Shown: positions 9,506 through 18,850 of the stretch, one piece after another
Numbering within the stretch: position 1 is the stretch's first letter
Layout: each line of letters starts with the position of its first letter
From: Nitrospirota bacterium
GTDB lineage: Bacteria; Nitrospirota; Thermodesulfovibrionia; Thermodesulfovibrionales; Dissulfurispiraceae
DNA length: 64,000 bases
Direction: 5' to 3'
Assembly (NCBI GenBank): GCA_040758355.1
Contig: JBFLWF010000004.1
Coordinates: forward strand, 61,174-125,173
Notes under the pieces: generated by a model
The model's input: only the letters and a program-made list of their open reading frames with translations
Told to the model about the DNA's origin: nothing
Databases searched by the model: none
Position numbers and translations under genes: made by a program

Positions 9506-10108
9506 GTGGTCAGGGAGCCTAAAAACTCAACAACTCTAATCAATGAAGTTGTTAATGATCGCAGAAAACTCAGGTCATTAATATCACTCCTGTACGATTC
9601 CGACATAGAAAATCGCTTCATGGCTGCAAAGGCATTAGGGGAAGTAGCCAGAGTCAAGCCCGAATTTATCATCTCCATATGGCGGCGCATCCTTGATGCA
9701 ACCGACGATACCATGAGCTGCTGGGGAGTTGCAGAGGCCCTCGGAGAGATTGCGAGGAACATGCCTGAACTAAGGGGAAAGATCCTTCTTAGATTAAGAA
9801 AATTTCAAAAAGACGAGTCCACCTGTCAGGGATTTATATGGGCAATTTGCAGGATAGGACAGGTGGAGATAGATCGTGTAAAAGAGTTCATGCCTGATTT
9901 GATAAGTTTTCTTGAATCGAGAGAGCCATGTATGTTGGGTCAGGCAATATGGGCACTGGGTGAATTAAGAATAACAGAGGCAATGGATAAGATAAAAACC
10001 TTTCTTAACGACAACAGGCAGACATGGGTTTATAACAACGACTCGGCATGCATAAAGACCGTCGGTCAAATTGCAGAAGAAGCTGTTAGGAAACTAAATA
10101 ATTTTTGA
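9506..10108 (+). CDS. HEAT/PBS-lyase-like repeat protein
   Basis: Repeated AAKALGE, AEALGEI and AIWALGEL helical motifs. Confidence 0.8.
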   Translation: MVREPKNSTTLINEVVNDRRKLRSLISLLYDSDIENRFMAAKALGEVARVKPEFIISIWRRILDATDDTMSCWGVAEALGEIARNMPELRGKILLRLRKFQKDESTCQGFIWAICRIGQVEIDRVKEFMPDLISFLESREPCMLGQAIWALGELRITEAMDKIKTFLNDNRQTWVYNNDSACIKTVGQIAEEAVRKLNNF

Positions 10109-10131
10109 GCTGTATCAGTAATTTTTCCCTA

Positions 10132-10175
10132 TATGATTTACATCATAGCACTGACCTGCCAATCGGCTGTACTCT
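10132..10175 (+). promoter_or_regulatory. Crp/Fnr-family box (about -42) and -10 element
   Basis: Palindrome TATGAT-TTAC-ATCATA (10132-10147), then TACTCT at 10170-10175. Confidence 0.6.
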
Positions 10176-10209
10176 AATAATAGAATCACAAAAAATTTGG
10201 AGGTAAACC

Positions 10210-10656
10210 ATGATTAACGAATGTCCATCATGTTCAACAATTGGAGTAGTACAGGATAGCGCAGAGGCAAGTTATAAGCTCTCGCACTGGCCTATACAGA
10301 TTAAGCTCATAGGAACGGTTGCTCCGTTCCTGAACAATGCAGACCTGCTTGTAGCAGCCGACTGCACAGCCTTTGCAGGCACAGAAGTTTACAGGAACTA
10401 TATGAAGGATAAAAAGGTCCTCATAGGCTGCCCCAAGCTGGACGACGCAATGTTTTATGTGGATAAGTTCACAGAGATATTCAGCAACATTCCTATTCAG
10501 AAGGTCACATGCCTGAGGATGGAGGTTCCGTGCTGCGGCGGGATGACGGCGGTTTTGAAGGAGGCGATAAACAGGTCTGGCAAAAATATACCTCTGACTG
10601 AAACGATCATCGGCGTGAAAGGCGATCTGCTTGGTGAAAGAACGATCATTGAGTAG
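10210..10656 (+). CDS. Small Cys-rich iron-sulfur cluster-binding protein
   Basis: SHWPIQIKL, AADCTAF, IGCPKLDD and MEVPCCGG motifs; GGAGG SD. Confidence 0.8.
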   Translation: MINECPSCSTIGVVQDSAEASYKLSHWPIQIKLIGTVAPFLNNADLLVAADCTAFAGTEVYRNYMKDKKVLIGCPKLDDAMFYVDKFTEIFSNIPIQKVTCLRMEVPCCGGMTAVLKEAINRSGKNIPLTETIIGVKGDLLGERTIIE

Positions 10657-10658
10657 AG

Positions 10659-11048
10659 ATGGCAAAGATCGATGGTAAATGCAGAGAGGTAATGGATAAA
10701 ACAGAATGGGTTGCCATCGTGACCTCTGGTGCCGATGGCCCCAATCTGGTAGCGACATGGGGAGAGTATGTGAGAACCATCGGGATAAAAGATGGTGAAG
10801 TAATTATCATCCCGGCAGGGGCGTACCACAAAACAGAGGAAAATCTAAAAAACAATAATCGTATAGAACTTTTAATTGCCTCAAAACAGGTACAGGGAGC
10901 ATACAGTCGTCTCGGACAGGGTTGTAAAATTTCCGGGAAAGGTGAAATTCAAGTCAAAGGGGAAATAGCCGAGATGGTAAAGGCGAAATTTCCCTGGGCA
11001 AGAGGAGCACTTGTTATAAAAGTGGAAGAAGTTAGAAGCCAGCTCTAA
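10659..11048 (+). CDS. FMN-binding split-barrel protein (pyridoxamine 5'-phosphate oxidase family)
   Basis: VAIVT...PNLVATW, IPAGAYHKTEENL, FPWARGALVI. Confidence 0.85.
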   Translation: MAKIDGKCREVMDKTEWVAIVTSGADGPNLVATWGEYVRTIGIKDGEVIIIPAGAYHKTEENLKNNNRIELLIASKQVQGAYSRLGQGCKISGKGEIQVKGEIAEMVKAKFPWARGALVIKVEEVRSQL

Positions 11049-11053
11049 GACTA

Positions 11054-12661
11054 CTATTTCACCTTTGCAAGTATCTTGATAAATGCCTTCAGAATTTCAG
11101 GGTCGTAGTTCCTTGCCTCTTTTGCGAAGACCGTCAGGGCCTGAAAGGGCGTCATGTTCGCCCTGTAAGGCCTGTTTGTCGTCAGTAGGTCGTATGCATC
11201 GGCAATGGCAGTTATTTTTCCGAAGATCGGTATCTTATCCCCTGACACCCCGTGCGGATACCCCTTGCCTGTGAGTTTTTCGTGATGGTGCAAAACAGCC
11301 GAATACGACTCTATAGGAATGGCTTCATGTTTGCGCAGTATTTTTACGCCCTCGGTTACATGGGTTTTAAATATCTCAAACTCTCTCATGCCCAATCTTC
11401 CCTGCTTGTTCACTATGTCCTCGCTGATGGCGCCATGTCCTATATCATGCAGCAATGCACCGATTCCAAGCTTCTCGATGTTATCCCGGTTAAGACCCAA
11501 TGCAACCCCTGCGCCTATGCTCATTACAGCCACATTGACCGAGTGGATATGGGTGTAATAGTCACCGCTGTTCAGTGAAAAGAGGATATAAACAGAGTCG
11601 TTATTTTCCATGATACAATCGATAATCCGGTTTGCGATTGTAATGGCTGCCTGCATCTTTTCTTTATCTTCAGGGCTTGCAAGGAGTTCGCTTATTACTA
11701 TATTGGCATTTTCTTTCAATATGTGTGTCTTTTTTAGATTATCGGATGCAGAGAATATGGCATGGAGCTTCTTTTGATAAACCGGCATATCGGATTTTTT
11801 TATGAGGATATGTTTTGCTGTATTCAGATTATTTTCATCCACTGTGACTATTTTTTCAGGAGAGGCCTCGATAAGAGGGTCGTATACGAAATCGTTTGCC
11901 GTGAACAGACTGAAATCTATATCCTTCATTTGTAAAAGAACGGTTTTATCCACGGGGTGATAGCTCTTTTTATTGAAGGAATACTCTTTAAATGAGACAA
12001 TGTCCTCCCTATCGAAGACCTTCCTTTTTACCCTGTTCTTTTCGACATAGTCGTCGAGGGAGGATAGTTCGTCGGCCCTTATATAGATTCTGGATATGCC
12101 TTTCTCTTCGAAAAACTCCTGGGCAATGCTGTCGCACGACAGCCCCTCTGCAAATAGATACTTTATCCCTTCTTCATCTCTTGTAAAAATCTCAAATGGG
12201 AACAATGTGCCATCGATGAGTTTGTTCAGGGGTATGTCTGTAAATTTTGTGTCAAAGTTAATCTGGTTTTTCTTCAAGAGTTCCCTTTCCCACTGGAAGA
12301 CGAAGTTTATTATTAATTCCCTTATCTTATCGCTTGTATTGATGAACTTTATGAATGTCTGATAATGGTTGTTTTTTGTTTTTTCAACCCTGAGGACTTC
12401 TCCATAAACCCAGATGGTGATCTTTGACGGCAGGTACAGGGCCATTATCATTTCGAGCATGTCGCCCCTGCTGTATTCCTTTGCGGACTTGAAACTCATG
12501 CCGCCTCCGCTTATATTGACGATGCATGGCTTCAAGTCGCTGAAATCCTCTACCCTTGCAGCCACAGAATCCTTCAGGTGCGGCGGTACGACATTCACTT
12601 TCAACGGTATAAAGGTATCTATTCTGAAATATTCTCTTTTGTAAGTAGCCTTTCCTGCCAT
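11054..12661 (-). CDS. PilZ-domain HD-GYP phosphodiesterase
   Basis: N-terminal KREYFR...NISGGG (PilZ); HSVNV, LLHDIG, HHEK..G.GYP and IADAYD (HD-GYP). Confidence 0.9.
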   Translation of the reverse strand: MAGKATYKREYFRIDTFIPLKVNVVPPHLKDSVAARVEDFSDLKPCIVNISGGGMSFKSAKEYSRGDMLEMIMALYLPSKITIWVYGEVLRVEKTKNNHYQTFIKFINTSDKIRELIINFVFQWERELLKKNQINFDTKFTDIPLNKLIDGTLFPFEIFTRDEEGIKYLFAEGLSCDSIAQEFFEEKGISRIYIRADELSSLDDYVEKNRVKRKVFDREDIVSFKEYSFNKKSYHPVDKTVLLQMKDIDFSLFTANDFVYDPLIEASPEKIVTVDENNLNTAKHILIKKSDMPVYQKKLHAIFSASDNLKKTHILKENANIVISELLASPEDKEKMQAAITIANRIIDCIMENNDSVYILFSLNSGDYYTHIHSVNVAVMSIGAGVALGLNRDNIEKLGIGALLHDIGHGAISEDIVNKQGRLGMREFEIFKTHVTEGVKILRKHEAIPIESYSAVLHHHEKLTGKGYPHGVSGDKIPIFGKITAIADAYDLLTTNRPYRANMTPFQALTVFAKEARNYDPEILKAFIKILAKVK

Positions 12662-12682
12662 TTTTAATTATGACAGTTGGAT

Positions 12683-14065
12683 TTAACTATTTTCCAGCCC
12701 GTATTTTTTCAGTTTTCTCCACAGGGATACCCGGTCTATGCCGAGTATCTGTGCTGCAATAGTCTTATTGCCGCCCACTTCGTTTAACACCCACTGGATG
12801 TAAGCCGTCTCCTGATCCTCGAGGGAGGGAATCTTGCCCTCCTTCTTTCTGAATGTCTTTATGTTCAACTCACGAAGGTCTTCAGGGAGATGGGCAATCT
12901 CTATAACATTTTCTGTAGTGAGGGCGACTCCCCTTTCTATTATATTTTCGAGCTCCCTCACATTGCCGGGAAAGTCATAGTTCATCAATATGGCAATCAC
13001 ATCATGGGAAATTTCCGTGACGTCTTTTTTCATAAGAGCAGCATATTTTTTTAAAAAGTAGTAGCTCAGGAGCGGTATGTCATCCTTCCTTTCGGAAAGG
13101 GGCGAAATATAGAGCGAGACAACATTGAGCCTGAAATAAAGGTCCTGCCTGAATTGTCCGCCCTTTATAGCATCCTGAACATCCCTGTTCGTTGCTGCTA
13201 TGAATCTCACATCCACCTTTATCGGCTTTGTTGCACCGAGCCTCAGCACTTCCCTCTCCTGAATAACCCTCAATAACTTAACCTGCATGGATGGGGGCAT
13301 CTCTGTTATCTCGTCCAAAAACAGCGTCCCGCCGGATGCCATTTCTATCAACCCCTTTTTCATCGTGGTTGCGCCTGTAAATGCACCTTTTTCGTGGCCG
13401 AACAATTCATTGCCGAGGAGTTCTTCTGTGAATGCACCGCAGTTTATTGCAAAGAAAGGCCCCTCCGACCGTTTGCTGTTGAAGTGTATATAGCGTGCAA
13501 AAAGCTCCTTGCCTGTGCCGCTCTCACCGCTTATAAGTACATTGCAGTCTGTCGGCGCAATCTGCCTTGCCGTATCAAGAAGCCTTTGCATATTGGCATC
13601 CTGAGTAATTATTTTTACCTTTCCCTGATATTTTTCTATCTGCTCCCTTAACTGGGCATTTTCCTTTTTGAGCCTTACCTTTTCGCATGCCTCTCTTACG
13701 ACCTTTCTTACCTCGTCAAGTTTGAATGGTTTTGCGATGTAATAGAATGCGCCCTGTTTCATTGCGTTTACTGCCGACTCAAGGGTTGCATAGCCTGTTA
13801 TCATTATTACCTCTGTGTCTGGATAAAGCTCATGGCATCGCTTCAATATCTGCATGCCGTCGACCTTTTCCATCCTTAAATCTGTAAGCACAACATCGAA
13901 CCTCTGCTCATTGAGCAATTTTAAGGCATTCTGTCCGCTCTGCGTTCCGACTACTTCATAGCCCTCCTTTTTCATCACATGTTCGAGATTCTTAAGGGCA
14001 ATCTTTTCGTCATCAACTATTAATATCGTTGTATGGTTTTGCATTGTCATTACTCCTTTACTCAT
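12683..14065 (-). CDS. sigma54-dependent response regulator (NtrC/AtoC family)
   Basis: Receiver domain, GESGTGKE, GAFTGA, Fis-type HTH. True start may be a few codons downstream. Confidence 0.95.
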   Translation of the reverse strand: MSKGVMTMQNHTTILIVDDEKIALKNLEHVMKKEGYEVVGTQSGQNALKLLNEQRFDVVLTDLRMEKVDGMQILKRCHELYPDTEVIMITGYATLESAVNAMKQGAFYYIAKPFKLDEVRKVVREACEKVRLKKENAQLREQIEKYQGKVKIITQDANMQRLLDTARQIAPTDCNVLISGESGTGKELFARYIHFNSKRSEGPFFAINCGAFTEELLGNELFGHEKGAFTGATTMKKGLIEMASGGTLFLDEITEMPPSMQVKLLRVIQEREVLRLGATKPIKVDVRFIAATNRDVQDAIKGGQFRQDLYFRLNVVSLYISPLSERKDDIPLLSYYFLKKYAALMKKDVTEISHDVIAILMNYDFPGNVRELENIIERGVALTTENVIEIAHLPEDLRELNIKTFRKKEGKIPSLEDQETAYIQWVLNEVGGNKTIAAQILGIDRVSLWRKLKKYGLENS

Positions 14066-15550
14066 CTACTCTTTTATCGGCAATCTTATTAAAAACGTCG
14101 TCCCTTTTCCTGCCTCGCTGTCTACAGCAATGCAGCCGTCATGCTCTTCTATGATTTCGTGGACAATGAATAATCCCAATCCAGAACCTTTCCCAACATC
14201 CTTTGTGGTGAAGAATGGGTCGAATACCTTTGACAATAACTCATGTGGTATTCCTTCTCCTGTATCCCTTATCTCGATGTCCACGGTATCCTCTTCGAGA
14301 GTACACTTGCCGCGATACTTGAGATAGTTGTATATCTCTGTTTCGGCCTCTATCTTATCAATTGCCCTCCGCTTCTGCGCCCTGATAGATACGGTTCCCT
14401 CATCGGCAATGGATTCTATTGCGTTTTTTATGAGGTTCAGGAATGCCTGTTGTATTCGCTGTTTATCCGCGAAAATGAAGATGTCATCCAGCATGTCGAT
14501 GCCTATGCTCACCTTTGTTGGAACCTGTCCCTTTACGAACCTGATGGTCTCTTCAAAGAGGGTTCTTAAGGGAATCTTTTCTTTTTTGAACTCCTTATCG
14601 CGCGAGAATTCCAGCAGGGAGCGGACTATATTCCGGGCCCTATCTGTCTGTTCTTCTATCTGCAGCAGGAGATCCTTTTTATATTCCATATGGGCATCTT
14701 CGATTTCCTCTTTAAGTATTTCGCATGATGTGGATATGTTTGACAAAGGATTATTCAGCTCGTGGGCGACTCCTGAAAGGAGTGTTCCGAGGGATGTGAG
14801 TTTTTCCGATTGTACGAGATGCCTCTGCCTCAATTCCAGTTCCCTGAGCATTTTGTTAAAGGCATTGGTGAGTGAAACGATTTCCCTGTCCTTTGATCTT
14901 ATCTGTATGCTCTCGAATTTTCCTTCTGCAATTACTTCCATGCTGTTTTCGAGTTGTTTGAGCGGCCTGACGACCATTCTCGAAAGCACCTGTCCGATGG
15001 CTATGCCTAAAAGCGAGAGGGAGATAATCGAAAAGATGAGGATGCTCTGTGAATTGTACAGCATCGCCTGAAGATTTCTTCTCTCTGCCTTTGATATGTC
15101 TTCGGCTGCTGTTATTATGTCCTTGCCGGTTTTTCTTATTTTACCCTCAAGGATTGTTTTTTGAATGCTGTGCCTTCTGTTTAAGCCGGCATATTCTTCC
15201 ACAAGTTCTTTATATAGTTTAAGATCGTTTTTTAGGGATGATATCTGCTGTGGGCTGGCAATTGTTTCGAAGCCCTCGATATTTTTTTCGAGCAAGTCCT
15301 GTGCTTTTTTTACATACTCGGTGTTTTCGTAATAATCTGCCTCCTGGTTGTACAGAAAGTAATTCTTTTCAAACCTCCTGATCTCCAGCGTTGTGTCGAA
15401 AAATTCCGATATGGCTTCCCCGAACATTATCTTTTTTTCCATGAACCTGAGCTCTATAAATGTGAATATAGACAGGCCGATTATGAGGGCCAGTATGGCG
15501 TAATAACCAAATGTAATCTTCTGTCTTATGCTCGGCTGGTATTTAAACAT
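14066..15550 (-). CDS. HAMP sensor histidine kinase
   Basis: 2 TM, HAMP, GVAHELNNPL, DTGEG, FFTTK, GSGLGL. Confidence 0.95.
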   Translation of the reverse strand: MFKYQPSIRQKITFGYYAILALIIGLSIFTFIELRFMEKKIMFGEAISEFFDTTLEIRRFEKNYFLYNQEADYYENTEYVKKAQDLLEKNIEGFETIASPQQISSLKNDLKLYKELVEEYAGLNRRHSIQKTILEGKIRKTGKDIITAAEDISKAERRNLQAMLYNSQSILIFSIISLSLLGIAIGQVLSRMVVRPLKQLENSMEVIAEGKFESIQIRSKDREIVSLTNAFNKMLRELELRQRHLVQSEKLTSLGTLLSGVAHELNNPLSNISTSCEILKEEIEDAHMEYKKDLLLQIEEQTDRARNIVRSLLEFSRDKEFKKEKIPLRTLFEETIRFVKGQVPTKVSIGIDMLDDIFIFADKQRIQQAFLNLIKNAIESIADEGTVSIRAQKRRAIDKIEAETEIYNYLKYRGKCTLEEDTVDIEIRDTGEGIPHELLSKVFDPFFTTKDVGKGSGLGLFIVHEIIEEHDGCIAVDSEAGKGTTFLIRLPIKE

Positions 15551-15749
15551 GTCTTATTTTAACAGTCCCGTATTGCAAAAAGCAACATGATTCATTTTAG
15601 GTGCAACGGTTGGATTTTTCAGGCGGTATTTAATCCCGATTATTCGCAAATTAAGACGGCCATGCCGGAAGGCAAAGCATTGGAGCGACTTCGGCAGCCC
15701 ATGCGTAACATGGATGTTTAAGCGGGCTGGCGCTGTTTCGGGAGCCACA

Positions 15750-15764
15750 GTTGCAATCTGCAAC
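15750..15764. promoter_or_regulatory. Putative enhancer site for a sigma54 activator
   Basis: Palindrome GTTGCA-ATC-TGCAAC about 80 nt upstream of the -24 box; related copy at 15572-15586. Confidence 0.5.
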
Positions 15765-15839
15765 AAAAGACCGATTTTAGGAAAATCTTGCAACACCAGA
15801 AAACGCAAATAAATCAAATGGTTATAGTGAGTTCTCCAT

Positions 15840-15857
15840 CTGGCACGGAAAATGATA
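15840..15857 (+). promoter_or_regulatory. sigma54 promoter (variant -12)
   Basis: CTGGCACG then GG-N10-GA; upstream of the strong SD of CDS 15897. Confidence 0.55.
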
Positions 15858-15896
15858 TTAGGAAAGGTAAAAATCAACAAAAAGGAGGAGTGAAAG

Positions 15897-16067
15897 ATGA
15901 AGGGTTTAACGGAAAAGCTGGAGAGAATATTCTCGGCGGTAACATTTGCTGAGGCGGGAGAGTCCGAGACCGCAAGACAGACGCTGAAGGAAGAAGTAGA
16001 GGCCGAAAAGCCTGCTGTCAAATCTCAAAAGGGCATTCGGGTTCCGGTAACTGCAACCGAGTCATAA
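15897..16067 (+). CDS. Small 56-aa protein with AVTFAEAGE motif (absent from the ORF track)
   Basis: AAGGAGG SD; MKGLTEKLERIFSAVTFAEAGESETARQ...; motif shared with CDS 16076 and 22076. Confidence 0.75.
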   Translation: MKGLTEKLERIFSAVTFAEAGESETARQTLKEEVEAEKPAVKSQKGIRVPVTATES

Positions 16068-16075
16068 GGCAGGTT

Positions 16076-16546
16076 ATGGCGAAGCTGAGTAAGAAAATCG
16101 AGGACTTGATGTCGGCAGTCTCTTTTGCGGAAGAAGGTGAGTTCGATACTGCAAAGGAGATGTTAAAGGAAGAAAGAAGGGTGCTGTTGGCTGTGAAAAA
16201 AGGGCAGATGGATAAGAAGACATTCAGATATGCCGTAAATGCCTGTAAAAGGATCGGTGCACATCTGGACATCCTTTGCATATCTCCTATAGAGGTCGCA
16301 GACCCTGTCCTTGAGGAATGCCTTTCAGAGATAAAGAGGGAAGGCATAAATTACAGACTGATGTATAAAAACGGCTGCTTAAAACAGGAAATAATCGACT
16401 ACACAAATTCGAAAAAGGGAGTACTCTTTGCCGTCACCGAGTCTTCAGACTATCTGAATGTTGATTGCAGAGGCAAGGGTAAAAAGCTTTCCGAGGCGTG
16501 GCAGAATCTCAAGTGCCCGCTCGTGGTGGTTGCAGGCGGAGTCTAA
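16076..16546 (+). CDS. Hypothetical protein, FAExGE motif plus degenerate USP-like domain
   Basis: AVSFAEEGEFDTAK, RRVLLAV and C-terminal CPLVVV. Confidence 0.75.
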   Translation: MAKLSKKIEDLMSAVSFAEEGEFDTAKEMLKEERRVLLAVKKGQMDKKTFRYAVNACKRIGAHLDILCISPIEVADPVLEECLSEIKREGINYRLMYKNGCLKQEIIDYTNSKKGVLFAVTESSDYLNVDCRGKGKKLSEAWQNLKCPLVVVAGGV

Positions 16547-16631
16547 ATAAGTAATTAAGTAAATGGGTGAATAAGTGATAACTCAATAACTTAATAACTT
16601 AATAACTTAAACATAAGAAGGAGGAAATAAA

Positions 16632-16880
16632 ATGGGGAGTGGTTATGGAAAGAAGAAGCCCATTGGAAAGATGGTAATCATGGGCATTGTTTCGATAGCG
16701 CTGTATACAGCACTGCTGTTGAATCAAGAGACATTTAATAATTATTTCGGGAGAGGCGGCTTATACACCATACTGCCTATAGCAACAGCGTTTATATTCT
16801 CTTTCATACATGGTTCCTTTACAGGTAATTTCTGGACAGTTCTGGGAGTAGAAGCTGCCAAGAAGAAGGAGGTCAAATAG
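16632..16880 (+). CDS. Small two-TM membrane protein
   Basis: GGAGG SD, two hydrophobic helices, FSFIHGSFTGNFW. Confidence 0.75.
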   Translation: MGSGYGKKKPIGKMVIMGIVSIALYTALLLNQETFNNYFGRGGLYTILPIATAFIFSFIHGSFTGNFWTVLGVEAAKKKEVK

Positions 16881-16881
16881 G

Positions 16882-17970
16882 ATGCATGATATTGTTAATG
16901 CAGCGGCTAATTTTATCAACCTCGATATAGTGAATATAACTTACCTGTTTCTGGTAGGTTTTGTCGGTGGTCTTGTAAGCGGGTTTATCGGCTCGGGCGG
17001 TGCATTCGTTCTCACACCTGGCATGATGAGCCTGGGCGTGCCGGGCCTTGTGGCAGTTGCAAGCAATATGTGCCACAAGTTCCCCAAGGCATTGGTCGGC
17101 GCAATCAAGCGCGCAAAGTACGGACAGGTTGATGTAAAACTTGGCATAGTGCTCGGCATCTCTGCCGAGGCCGGCGTTCTTTATGGAGCACATATACAGG
17201 AAAACATTAAGAAGGCATTCGGTGATGCAGGCTCAAACCTGTATGTCAGCGCTGCCTTTGTAGTGATTCTCGCTGTTGTGGGAACATTTGTATTGAGGGA
17301 TGCATGGAAAACCTACAAATCTGGAAGTACTCACGAGGAAGAGAAGGTTACGAAGATTGCAAAATGGGTACAGTCAATTAACATCCCCGGTACGATGGTA
17401 TATTTCAAGAGCCTTAATGCGAGGATTTCGGTGCTGTTCACCATTCCCCTCGGTTTTGCTACAGGCATGCTTGCAGCAACAATCGCAGTGGGAGGCTTCA
17501 TCGGTGTTCCTTCTATGATCTATGTCCTCGGTGCGCCAAGCCTTATGGCATCCGCAACCGAGTTGGTTATTGCCTTTGTAATGGGATTGGGAGGCTCGTT
17601 CAAATATGCAATGCACGGTCTTGTTGACATTCGCCTTGCAATGATCATCCTCGGCGGCTCTCTCTTCGGCATACAGTTGGGCGCAATAGGAACAACATAT
17701 GTAAAGCCCTTCATGATTAAGGTGGTAATGGGCGTTATAATGGTAATAGTCCTCTTCAGCCGTGCATTAATGGTGCCTGTATATATGTCCCAGTTAGGGC
17801 TTATCGGACAATTGGGCGATACCACTGTAAAGGCATTGAAGAGCACAAGCTTTGCCATAATGATATTCGCATTGGCACTCGGTGCATTTATAGTCCTGAA
17901 GGCGATGTGGCAGGGACGCAGAGCAGAAAAATTGTCTGCACAGGAAGTTATCGGACATAGCAAAGTGTAA
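16882..17970 (+). CDS. TauE/SafE (TSUP) family transporter
   Basis: Repeats GLVSGFIGSGGAFVLTP and ATIAVGGFIGVP; multiple TM helices. Confidence 0.9.
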   Translation: MHDIVNAAANFINLDIVNITYLFLVGFVGGLVSGFIGSGGAFVLTPGMMSLGVPGLVAVASNMCHKFPKALVGAIKRAKYGQVDVKLGIVLGISAEAGVLYGAHIQENIKKAFGDAGSNLYVSAAFVVILAVVGTFVLRDAWKTYKSGSTHEEEKVTKIAKWVQSINIPGTMVYFKSLNARISVLFTIPLGFATGMLAATIAVGGFIGVPSMIYVLGAPSLMASATELVIAFVMGLGGSFKYAMHGLVDIRLAMIILGGSLFGIQLGAIGTTYVKPFMIKVVMGVIMVIVLFSRALMVPVYMSQLGLIGQLGDTTVKALKSTSFAIMIFALALGAFIVLKAMWQGRRAEKLSAQEVIGHSKV

Positions 17971-17989
17971 CTATGGGCCGAGTATAGTT

Positions 17990-18844
17990 ATGGGAAGGTA
18001 TAAGAAAATGTTAGTGGCAATTGACGGCTCTGAATCCAGCATGCATGCATTGAAGGAGTCGTTCAAACTTGCCAGAAATGAAAAGAGCTGGATAACTGTT
18101 GTTTCTGTTGTGCCCGAGTATAAAGGCGACCTCGACCTGGTAGCGGTTGGAAATGTTATGGCATCCATGAGAAGACCCTGTGAAGATGCCCTTCATAAGG
18201 CTGAAGAACTGGCAAAGGCCGAAGGCGCATTGATAAAAACCGTGTGTGAAGAAGGCGAGGCATACGAGAGAATTATTGACCTTGCAGAGACAGAAAACTG
18301 CGAGCTGATAATAATGGGAAGAAGGGGATCGAGCCGCCTTGAAAGGGCACTTGTCGGAAGCGTTACTGCAAGGGTCATAGGCTATAGCCAGAGGGATGTC
18401 CTTGTCGTGCCAAAAGATGCCGAAATAGGCTGGAGGAAAATCCTTGTAGCTACAGATGGCTCTAAATACAGCAAGACCGCAATATTGAGGGCAGTGGATT
18501 TTGCATCTGCATATGGAGGGGAGCTTAAAGTTCTCTCCATCGTTGATCTGCCTTCGGAATTTTATGGAGAAGCACCTCAGGCTGTTGAGGATCTGATAAA
18601 AAAGGCAAAGACATATGTTGAAGACGCAGCTAAACAGGCAGAATCAGAAGGGATAAATGTCGAGACATTTGTCAGGGAAGGCGAGGCTTACATGATGATA
18701 CTTGATGTTGCAGAAGACCTCAATGCAGATGCCATAGTAATGGGGTCTCATGGAAGAACAGGATTAAGAAGGCTCCTTATGGGAAGCATTACCGAGAAGG
18801 TCATCGGGTATGCGTCTTGCCCTGTGCTTGTGGTAAAGTCGTAG
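17990..18844 (+). CDS. Universal stress protein, tandem USP domains
   Basis: Two LVAxDGS...MG.RG...GS modules. Confidence 0.93.
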   Translation: MGRYKKMLVAIDGSESSMHALKESFKLARNEKSWITVVSVVPEYKGDLDLVAVGNVMASMRRPCEDALHKAEELAKAEGALIKTVCEEGEAYERIIDLAETENCELIIMGRRGSSRLERALVGSVTARVIGYSQRDVLVVPKDAEIGWRKILVATDGSKYSKTAILRAVDFASAYGGELKVLSIVDLPSEFYGEAPQAVEDLIKKAKTYVEDAAKQAESEGINVETFVREGEAYMMILDVAEDLNADAIVMGSHGRTGLRRLLMGSITEKVIGYASCPVLVVKS

Positions 18845-18850
18845 GGAGGA

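Noticed and set aside
15554..16021. 155-aa minus-strand ORF
   Set aside because: It overlaps promoter elements and the plus-strand 56-aa gene, and has no protein-like features.
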